Source: an uncultured Acidobacteriota bacterium
Lineage (GTDB): Bacteria; Acidobacteriota; Vicinamibacteria; Vicinamibacterales; JAKQTR01
Reading direction: 5' to 3'
DNA length: 64,000 nucleotides
Assembly: GCA_963813325.1 (NCBI GenBank)
Contig: CAWEYM010000004.1
Coordinates: forward strand, 386,463-450,462
Below are positions 18,258-25,329 of this stretch, one piece after another; the stretch's first letter is position 1; every line of letters begins with the position of its first letter. The translations under genes and the position numbers were made by a program. The notes under the pieces are model-generated. The model searched no databases. It was given only the letters and a program-made list of their open reading frames with translations, and was not told the DNA's origin.

Positions 18258-18745
18258 AACCAGCGGACCTTCTCGCCCTGCTCCAGGAGTTCTACGGCGC
18301 AAAGCTGGCCCTCTACCGCCGGCACGAAGACGGGGCGCGTCTGGTGTCGGGCTACGAGACGAACAACACCTACCAGTACATGCTGGCCCGCGAGGACGCG
18401 CACCTCGCCTGGTTGCGCGCCGCGATCACGGACCTGGGCGCTGCGCCGGTCGACGCGGTCACTGTTCCCCCGGTTCCGGCCGGTGGGAAGGGCGAGGCCG
18501 CCGCGCACGCCGTCGTCGAGGATGACCTCCGGCTGATGCGCGCGTTCGTGGAGGTGTGGCGACCCCGGCTGCCGGGCGTGACCCACGCGCGGCACCGGAA
18601 GATGCTGGACCTGGTCTTTGGCGAAGTCCTCGAGCACCAGCGGTTCTTCGAGCAGGCGGTCGCCGGGCGCGGCGACCTGCTCGGCCGGCGCGACGAGGGC
18701 GCCGGCACGGGCGGCGGCGTTCTGCCCGCGCGCTGGGTCGGCTAG
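18254..18745 (+). CDS. Hypothetical helical protein, translationally coupled to the dksA-like gene
   Basis: GTG 18254 overlaps the dksA stop (GTGA). 163 aa, predicted helical with His/Glu-rich segments (AREDAHLAWL, GEVLEHQRFFEQ). No family recognised. Confidence 0.55.
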   Translation: MKPADLLALLQEFYGAKLALYRRHEDGARLVSGYETNNTYQYMLAREDAHLAWLRAAITDLGAAPVDAVTVPPVPAGGKGEAAAHAVVEDDLRLMRAFVEVWRPRLPGVTHARHRKMLDLVFGEVLEHQRFFEQAVAGRGDLLGRRDEGAGTGGGVLPARWVG

Positions 18746-18772
18746 GCTGCTGGCGCGGCCGCGAGGACCCCG

Positions 18773-19240
18773 ATGACGCGCGTCGCGATCGCGCTCGGCA
18801 GCAATCTTGGCGATCGCCGGACCCACCTGGATCTCGCCGAGTCCCGCCTCCGTCGACATCTCCACGACCCCTCATTCTCGACCGTTCACGAAACAGACGC
18901 CGTCGGCGTCGACCCGCAGCCCCCGTTCCTGAACGCCGCGGCCGTGGGCGGCTGGCATGGCGCCGCGCGCGCACTGCTCGAAATCCTGCTGGCGCTGGAG
19001 CGCGAGGCCGGGCGGGAGCGCCCGTACCCGGGCGCGGCGCGCACGCTGGACCTGGACCTCATCCTGTTCGGGGATCGGGTGATCGCGGAGCCCGGGCTCG
19101 AGGTGCCGCACCCGCGCTTTCGCGAGCGCGGCTTCGTCCTCGCGCCGCTGGCGGAGATCGGGGCCGGGCTCGTCGATCCGGTCAGCGGACGATCGGTGGG
19201 GGACCTGCTGGCGCGCTGGCAGGCACGATCCGGACGGTGA
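18773..19240 (+). CDS. folK: 2-amino-4-hydroxy-6-hydroxymethyldihydropteridine diphosphokinase
   Basis: AIALGSNLGD, FLNAAAVG, RTLDLDLILFGD, VPHPRFRERGFVLAPLAEI are canonical HPPK motifs. Confidence 0.9.
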   Translation: MTRVAIALGSNLGDRRTHLDLAESRLRRHLHDPSFSTVHETDAVGVDPQPPFLNAAAVGGWHGAARALLEILLALEREAGRERPYPGAARTLDLDLILFGDRVIAEPGLEVPHPRFRERGFVLAPLAEIGAGLVDPVSGRSVGDLLARWQARSGR

Positions 19241-20216
19241 CGACGCCCGGGTCGATGTCGCGGGGGGGCTCCAGCGTCTTGCCCTTGCGCGGGCCCTCGG
19301 TGCCCGGCCGCCTCAAGCGAATCTCGCCGTCGAAGGACTCCAGGTCCATCTGCGCGCTCCCCGTCCCGATGTTCAGCCGGTAGCGCCGGTCCTTCTTGAT
19401 CTCCGCCGGCTGAGCGGCCAGGTTGGACGAGAACTGGCCGTCGAACGTGCGGACCTGGACGACGAGGTTCGCGCCGTCGGGCACGCTCACCTGGATGTCG
19501 CCGTCGTGGGTGACGAGCGAGTAGCGGCCGCCGTCCCGGATGGGTCCGGACAGTGTGATGTCGCCGCCGACGGTGCTCGCCTCGATGTTCCCCGCATCGA
19601 CGCGGTCCAGTGTGATGTCGCCGTCGACCGTCTCGGCGGAGATGTCCCCGGCGACGTTGCGCAGGGTGATGGCCTCTTCCACCGCGTTGGCCTCGACGCG
19701 ACCGCGCGCGTCGTCGACCGTGATCGCGCCCTCGATCGATTTCAGGACCAGCCGGTCGGCCCCACCGCGCACCATCACGTCGCCGCGGACGTTGGTGGCG
19801 GTGATCGGCGCGGAGGTGCCCTCGACGGTGATGTCCGTGAAGGTGCCGGACACTTTGACTTCCATCCAGGCCGGCACCGTGATCTGGTAGTCGACCGCCC
19901 GCGGCACACGCTGCTGGACGGTCCGCACGGTGACGACCTTGTCGAGGGTCTTCACGTCGAGCGTGCCGCGCGAGGTGGGCGACGCCTCGACGGCGACCTC
20001 GTCGCGGGTCCAGGCCTTGATGGTCACCTCGCCCGCGTAGTCGTCGATTTCCAGCCGCATGCCGCGCTGCACCGCGACCGTCTGCGCGTTCGCCTCTCTG
20101 GCCGGCCGCGCAGCTGTCGCCGCCTGGGGCGGGGCGGGCGGCGGCGCCTGGGGCGGGGCAGGGGCGGGCGCCTGGGCCAGCGAGAGCAGGAGCAGAGTTC
20201 CAGCGGTCCCAATCAT
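19182..20216 (-). CDS. DUF4097-type beta-strand-repeat (putative adhesin-fold) secreted protein
   Basis: Signal peptide followed by a (P/A/Q)-rich linker. Repeated G-D-I/V-x-V/L strands (GDISAETVDGDITLDRVDAGNIEASTVGGDITLSG...DGDIQVSV). It is the last gene of the sigma/anti-sigma operon. Confidence 0.75.
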   Translation of the reverse strand: MIGTAGTLLLLSLAQAPAPAPPQAPPPAPPQAATAARPAREANAQTVAVQRGMRLEIDDYAGEVTIKAWTRDEVAVEASPTSRGTLDVKTLDKVVTVRTVQQRVPRAVDYQITVPAWMEVKVSGTFTDITVEGTSAPITATNVRGDVMVRGGADRLVLKSIEGAITVDDARGRVEANAVEEAITLRNVAGDISAETVDGDITLDRVDAGNIEASTVGGDITLSGPIRDGGRYSLVTHDGDIQVSVPDGANLVVQVRTFDGQFSSNLAAQPAEIKKDRRYRLNIGTGSAQMDLESFDGEIRLRRPGTEGPRKGKTLEPPRDIDPGVVTVRIVPASAPAGPPPIVR

Positions 20217-20230
20217 GACGGTCTTCCTTT

Positions 20231-20917
20231 CTACGTGCCCTGCATCGTGATGTCGGCGGCCTTGCGCAGCAGGTCGAGCTTCTTCCGCCGTGCCGCCGCG
20301 AGGTAGGTGCTGAGGTCGGCGCTGGCGGGATCACGGGCCAGGGCTCCACGCGCCTCGTCGATTGCCCGATCGATGGAGGCCAGGCTGCGCTCCAGCACCT
20401 CGCGGGTCCGCGGCTCCAGGCGGTCCCGCCCGCGTTCCAGGACCAACGTCAGATCGGCCACCGCGGCGTCGTACTTGGGATCGGCGAAGCTGACCGGCTG
20501 GGGTGACACCACGAAGGCATTGGCCTCGAGCGCTTCCGGCGCGGCTCCCGGCGCCGGAGAGCGGGCCAGCGAGCCCACCAGCGCCGACACGACGGCCAGC
20601 AGCACCGTGGCCGCCGCCAGCTGCGGCACCGGGAGCGACAGGCGGCGGCCGAACCACCGGCGCCAGCCGCCGCCGGATTCCGTCTCCGCGACCGGCTGCC
20701 GGGTCTCGAGGCGCGCCGCGATGCCCGGCCACAGGTCGACTGCGGGAGGCCGATCATCGAGGCTGGCCGCGCGCTGCACGATGGCCCGCAGCCCGTCCGC
20801 CGCGGCGGCGCAGTCGGCGCACGTAGCCACGTGCGCGTCGATCGCGAGCCGCGTCGGCTCGTCGAGATCGCCGTCCACGTATTCCGACAACCGTTCGGTC
20901 CAGGGATCCGCAGTCAT
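20231..20917 (-). CDS. Membrane-spanning anti-sigma factor with zf-HC2 (HxxxCxxC) domain
   Basis: MTADPWTERLSEYVDGDLD...HVATCADC. One TM helix (LAAATVLLAVVSALVGSLA) and a periplasmic C-terminal domain. It starts 11 nt after the sigma gene stop. Confidence 0.75.
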   Translation of the reverse strand: MTADPWTERLSEYVDGDLDEPTRLAIDAHVATCADCAAAADGLRAIVQRAASLDDRPPAVDLWPGIAARLETRQPVAETESGGGWRRWFGRRLSLPVPQLAAATVLLAVVSALVGSLARSPAPGAAPEALEANAFVVSPQPVSFADPKYDAAVADLTLVLERGRDRLEPRTREVLERSLASIDRAIDEARGALARDPASADLSTYLAAARRKKLDLLRKAADITMQGT

Positions 20918-20928
20918 GTCCGGTGCCC

Positions 20929-21420
20929 TCACAGCGCCAGGTAGCGGCGCAACGCCATCCGCGCCCGATGCAGCTGTCCCTTCGACGTGCCGGCCGTGAT
21001 GCCCAGCAGCGTCCCGATCTCGCGGTGCTTGTAGCCCTCCACGTCGTGGAGCACGAAAACCTGGCGGGCCCCGTCCGGCAGCCGACCGATCGCGGCGTCC
21101 ATGTCCATCGTCACGTCCGGCCGTCTCGGGCGGGACGCCACGCGTTCGGCGTCCAGTTCGCCGTCCACCATGTGCCGCCGGCGGGCGGTCAGGCGTCCCC
21201 GGCGCTCGAGGATCAGGTTGACGGCCAGGCGGTAGAGCCACGTCCCGAACGCCGACTCGCCCCGGAAGGTGCCGAGCTTCTCCCAGGTCCGGACGAACAC
21301 GTCCTGCGCCAGGTCGTCCGCCTCGTCTCCGCCGGCCATGCGCCGGGCCAGCCCGTGGATGCGCGGGACGTGACGGCGGTAGAGGCGCTCGAAGGCGTGG
21401 ATGTCCCCCTCTGCGGCCAA
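20929..21420 (-). CDS. ECF-type RNA polymerase sigma factor
   Basis: Region 2 (DEADDLAQDVFVRTWEKLGTFRGESAFGTWLYRLAVN) and region 4 (ARQVFVLHDVEGYKHREIGTLLGITAGTSKGQLHRAR). The first canonical start is TTG 21420. The N-terminus is uncertain because the frame stays open further upstream without an ATG, GTG or TTG. Confidence 0.85.
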   Translation of the reverse strand: MAAEGDIHAFERLYRRHVPRIHGLARRMAGGDEADDLAQDVFVRTWEKLGTFRGESAFGTWLYRLAVNLILERRGRLTARRRHMVDGELDAERVASRPRRPDVTMDMDAAIGRLPDGARQVFVLHDVEGYKHREIGTLLGITAGTSKGQLHRARMALRRYLAL

Positions 21421-21594
21421 TCGCCAGTCGCGCCGGTCGAGATCGACGAGTGTCGCCTGCGGTTCAGCGGCGGGAATCGGGTCCCCCTTCGCTCCGGGCC
21501 GGCAAGGCCTCAGTCCCCGTCTTCAATTCGTTGGATGGGTCCGCCCGGCGAAAGGTTGGCAGGCCCGCGCTATGATACGCGGGGAGGTGGTGTC

Positions 21595-22446
21595 GTGCGA
21601 ATCGCGCTGGTGCAGCAGGCTGCGGGCCCGGACCCCGCGGCCAACCTCGAACGGGGATTGGCGGCGGCCCGCGCGGCCGCGGAGGGCGGGGCGAAGCTCG
21701 TGGCCTTCCCGGAGCTCGCCTTCACCACGTTCTTTCCGTGCTGTCGGCCCGGCGGGCCCGCGCCCCTGACCCGCGCCGAGCCCGTCCCGGGACCGACGAC
21801 GGAGGCGTTCTCGGCCGTGGCCGCGGAACTCGGGATCGTCGTCGTGCTCAACCTGTACGAGCGTGAGGACGACCGCGCCTACGACAGTTCCCCGGTCATC
21901 GACGCCGACGGCCGCCTGCTGGGTACGACGCGAATGCTGCACGTCGCGCAGATGCCCGGGTTCTGGGAACAGGACTACTACACGCCCGGCGATCACGGCC
22001 TGCCGGTGTACGAGACGGCGGCCGGCCTGGTCGGCGTGGCCATCTGCTATGACCGGCACTACCCGGAGGTCATGAGGAGCCTCGGCCTGCAGCGAGCCGA
22101 CCTGGTCGTGGTCCCGCAGGCGGGGTCGGTGGGGGAGTGGCCGGACGGATTGTACGAAGCCGAGTTGCGGGTGGCCGCATTCCAGAACGGGTATTTCACG
22201 GCCCTGGCGAATCGCGTCGGCCGGGAGCCCGACACCGAGTTCGCGGGCGAGTCGTTCGTGTGCGATCCGACGGGCCGGGTGGTGGCCAGGGCCGGCGCCG
22301 GGACCGATGAGATCCTGTACGCCGACTTGGATTACGCCCTCCTCGAGCGGTCGCCCGCCCGCCGGCTGTTCTACCGCGACCGTCGGCCCGGCCTTGTGCC
22401 CGACCTGCTGGGGATCGGTCGCGAGGGCCTGAGGCACGGCGACTGA
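21595..22446 (+). CDS. Carbon-nitrogen hydrolase (nitrilase superfamily) homologue lacking the catalytic Lys
   Basis: GTG 21595 with GGAGG 7 nt upstream. Glu motif VAFPELAF (E40). Cys motif VGVAICYDRHYPE (C151). The R-K-x-H-L motif reads T-R-M114-L-H-V. Confidence 0.8.
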   Translation: MRIALVQQAAGPDPAANLERGLAAARAAAEGGAKLVAFPELAFTTFFPCCRPGGPAPLTRAEPVPGPTTEAFSAVAAELGIVVVLNLYEREDDRAYDSSPVIDADGRLLGTTRMLHVAQMPGFWEQDYYTPGDHGLPVYETAAGLVGVAICYDRHYPEVMRSLGLQRADLVVVPQAGSVGEWPDGLYEAELRVAAFQNGYFTALANRVGREPDTEFAGESFVCDPTGRVVARAGAGTDEILYADLDYALLERSPARRLFYRDRRPGLVPDLLGIGREGLRHGD

Positions 22447-22461
22447 CACGGGACGATCGAC

Positions 22462-22734
22462 ATGGCACGCGGCTGGGAGAGCAAGTCGGTGGAATCGCAG
22501 CAGGAGGAGGCGACCCGCGGTGCGGCCGCCGGGCGGCCATCCGCACCATTGACTCCGGCCGCGAGGGCGGCGCAGCAGGAGCGGCGGACGCTCGAACTGG
22601 CCCGGGCCCGCACGCGCGCCGATCTCGAGACCGCGACGCGGCCAGCACAGCGGCACATGCTGCTGCAGGCGCTGGCCGCGATCGACGCGCGGCTGGCTGG
22701 GCTCGCCGGGAACGGGGCCGCTCCCGGCGGGTGA
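22462..22734 (+). CDS. Small hypothetical protein
   Basis: 90-aa ORF (MARGWESKSVESQQEEA...) 15 nt after the hydrolase gene. It has a charged, helical character. There is no recognisable RBS and no family was recognised. Confidence 0.45.
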   Translation: MARGWESKSVESQQEEATRGAAAGRPSAPLTPAARAAQQERRTLELARARTRADLETATRPAQRHMLLQALAAIDARLAGLAGNGAAPGG

Positions 22735-22752
22735 GGCGGACGGCCCTCGGCG

Positions 22753-23247
22753 CTATCCCTTCTTGAACACGGTCTTCCGGGTGTTCTCGCCGCGCGGCGA
22801 CTTCGTGGTGGTCTGCACCAGCATGGTCCCGTCGGCCTCGATGCTCCGGACTTCCTTCATCTCCATGGTCATCTCGCCCATCGGCGTGGTCATCGTCTGC
22901 GTGCCTTCGGTGACCAGCGTGCTGCCCTCGAAGTGGCTCTTGGTCTTGGCCTGGCCGCCGCGGGCGCCTGCATTGACGCTCTCGGTGCCGTCGAGCTTGT
23001 AGACGGCCTTCGAGGTGTTCGCGCCGCGCGTCGTCTCGATCGTGAGATCGGCGGCGGTCTGGGTGATGGTCAGCGTGGCCGGGGTGGCCGGCCCGCCGCC
23101 GCCGCCCGGGCCGCGCATCGGATCACTCTTCTCCAGGTCCTGGACCCACTTGCCTGAGAAGTCCGGCTTGGCCTGGGCCACGGCGATGCCGGGCACCGCC
23201 AGGGCGGCGGCCACCACGAGCGCGAGAATCGCGAACCTGCTCTTCAT
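22753..23247 (-). CDS. Small secreted beta-rich (lipocalin-like) protein, last gene of the efflux operon
   Basis: ATG 23247 with AGGAGA RBS. Signal peptide MKSRFAILALVVAAALAVPGIAVA/QA. Thr/Gly-rich beta pattern (FSGKWVQDLEKSD...TLTITQTAADLTIETT...). The longer 459-aa ORF in the track is a spurious extension. Confidence 0.6.
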   Translation of the reverse strand: MKSRFAILALVVAAALAVPGIAVAQAKPDFSGKWVQDLEKSDPMRGPGGGGGPATPATLTITQTAADLTIETTRGANTSKAVYKLDGTESVNAGARGGQAKTKSHFEGSTLVTEGTQTMTTPMGEMTMEMKEVRSIEADGTMLVQTTTKSPRGENTRKTVFKKG

Positions 23248-23312
23248 GTGTCTCTCCTGCTGTGTCCCGCGTGTCCTCCCGGGCACCGCACGTGCGGGAG
23301 CGAGGCGCGGTG

Positions 23313-24536
23313 CTATTCGAACCTGAGAGCGTCGATCGGATCCAGGCGCGCGGCCTTGCGCGCCGGGTAGAAGCCGAAGAACACGCCCGTGCCGGCGGCG
23401 ACGCCGAATGCCAGCAGGACGGCGTTCTCGGAGATCGTCGTCGGCCACCCCAGGAATCGCGTCAGGCTCGACGAGATGCCGTAGCCCAGCGCGATGCCTA
23501 TCAACCCTCCGACGAGGCTCAGCACGATGGCCTCGACGAGAAACTGAAGGAGCACGTCCGTGCTGCGGGCGCCGATGGCCAGGCGCAGGCCGATCTCGCG
23601 CGTCCGCTCGGTGACGGACACGAGCATGATGTTCATGATGCCGATGCCGCCGACCACGAGGGAGACGCCCGCGATGCCCGCCAGCAGCGAGCCCATAGTC
23701 TTGGTCGCTTCCGTCCGCATGGCCGCCATTTCCTCGAGCGTGCGAACCATGAAGTCGTCGGGGTCGCCCGGCATGATCTTGTGCCGGGTGCGGAGCAGGG
23801 TGCTGATCGCCTCGGAGACCTTGCTGACGTCGTTGGCGGACACCGCCGACACTGTGATGTTGTTGAGGTACGTGATCCCCATCAGCTTCTTCTGGCAGGT
23901 CGTGTAGGGAATCATGATGCTGTCGTCCTGGTCGTCGCCCCCGGTCGATTGGCCCTTGCTGGCCATCACCCCGATGACCTTGAACGGCTGGTTCTTGATC
24001 CGGATGATCTGGCCCGTCGGGTCCTCGTCCTCCCCGTACAGCTGGGTGGCGACCGTCCAGCCGAGGACCGCGACCTTGGCCGACGTCGTCACGTCCTGGG
24101 CTGTGAAGAAGCTGCCGTACTGCTGCGGCCACGACCGGATCAGCGGCAGGTCCACGTCGACACCCTGAATCCGCGTCGACCAGTTCTGGTTGCCGGCGAT
24201 CACCTGGCCCCGCGTCGACACGCCCGCCGACAGGTACTGCACGCCCGCGATCTGATCCCGGATGGCCACGGCATCCTCGACGGTCAGCGTGCTGGCCGCC
24301 CCGGACCCCATCCGGACGCCCCCGGCCATGAAGTTGCCCGCCATGACCGTGATCAGGTTCGTGCCGGCGGCCTTGATCTGGCTCTCGATCGACGACTGGG
24401 CGCCCGTGCCGAGGGCGACCATGGCGATTACCGCCGCCACGCCGATGATCATGCCGAGCATGGTCAGCGCGGTCCGCAGCTTGTTCCGCCCGAGCGCCTT
24501 GAAGGCGACACGGAACGTCATCAGGATTCTCATCAT
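23313..24536 (-). CDS. MacB-type ABC permease (FtsX family, separate polypeptide)
   Basis: 407 aa. Begins FRVAFKALGRNKLRTALTMLGMIIGVAAVIAMVALG. A large periplasmic domain between TM1 and TM2. C-terminal FtsX bundle. Confidence 0.9.
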   Translation of the reverse strand: MMRILMTFRVAFKALGRNKLRTALTMLGMIIGVAAVIAMVALGTGAQSSIESQIKAAGTNLITVMAGNFMAGGVRMGSGAASTLTVEDAVAIRDQIAGVQYLSAGVSTRGQVIAGNQNWSTRIQGVDVDLPLIRSWPQQYGSFFTAQDVTTSAKVAVLGWTVATQLYGEDEDPTGQIIRIKNQPFKVIGVMASKGQSTGGDDQDDSIMIPYTTCQKKLMGITYLNNITVSAVSANDVSKVSEAISTLLRTRHKIMPGDPDDFMVRTLEEMAAMRTEATKTMGSLLAGIAGVSLVVGGIGIMNIMLVSVTERTREIGLRLAIGARSTDVLLQFLVEAIVLSLVGGLIGIALGYGISSSLTRFLGWPTTISENAVLLAFGVAAGTGVFFGFYPARKAARLDPIDALRFE

Positions 24537-24545
24537 GGCGGTGCC

Positions 24546-25325
24546 TCAGCTCGTCGCGGCCTGCGCAGACTCCTGCGAACCATTGATCTCGGGTGGCGGG
24601 AGCGCCGCGAGCTCCGCGGCGGCGGACCGGCGCGACCGGTTCGGCTGATCCGAGATGATGCGCCCGTCACGGAATCCGATTGTCCTCGACCCGTACTGGG
24701 CGATGTCCAGTTCGTGCGTGATGAGGATCACCGTGATCCCGCGCTCCTGGTTCAAGCGCTGGAAGACGTCCATGACCTCGATGCTCGTGCGCGTGTCGAG
24801 GTTTCCGGTCGGTTCGTCGGCCAGCAGGATGGACGGCTGGTTGATGAGCGCCCGCGCGATGGCGACGCGCTGCTGTTGTCCGCCGGACAGCTGGTTCGGG
24901 TGATGGTGGGCCCGATCCAGGATCCCGACGATCTCCAGCGCCGCCCGCGCACGCTTGCGCCGGTCGCTCCCGCGGATGTGATCCCGGCTGTAGAGGAGCG
25001 GCAACTCCACGTTCTCGATGGCGCTCGTCCGCGAGAGCAGGTTGAAGCCCTGGAACACGAACCCAATCTGGTGGTTCCGGACATCGGCCAGCTGGTCGCG
25101 CGACAGGCGGGCCACGTCCCGGCCCTCTAGGAGGTACTGGCCCGTCGTCGGACGGTCCAGGCACCCGAGGATGTGCATGAAGGTCGACTTGCCGGAGCCG
25201 GACGGGCCCGTGACCGACACGAACTCGCCGGCCTCGATATCGACGCTCACGCCCCGCAGCGCGTGGACCTTGACCTCGCCGAGTTCGTAGGTCTTCGCCA
25301 GGTTTCGAACAGCGATCACCGGCAT
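24546..25325 (-). CDS. MacB-type ABC ATP-binding protein
   Basis: Walker A GPSGSGKST, signature LSGGQQQRVAIARAL, Walker B ILLADEPTGNLD. ATG 25325 (MPVIAVRNLAKTYELGEV) is preferred over 25355. Confidence 0.9.
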   Translation of the reverse strand: MPVIAVRNLAKTYELGEVKVHALRGVSVDIEAGEFVSVTGPSGSGKSTFMHILGCLDRPTTGQYLLEGRDVARLSRDQLADVRNHQIGFVFQGFNLLSRTSAIENVELPLLYSRDHIRGSDRRKRARAALEIVGILDRAHHHPNQLSGGQQQRVAIARALINQPSILLADEPTGNLDTRTSIEVMDVFQRLNQERGITVILITHELDIAQYGSRTIGFRDGRIISDQPNRSRRSAAAELAALPPPEINGSQESAQAATS

Positions 25326-25329
25326 GGTG

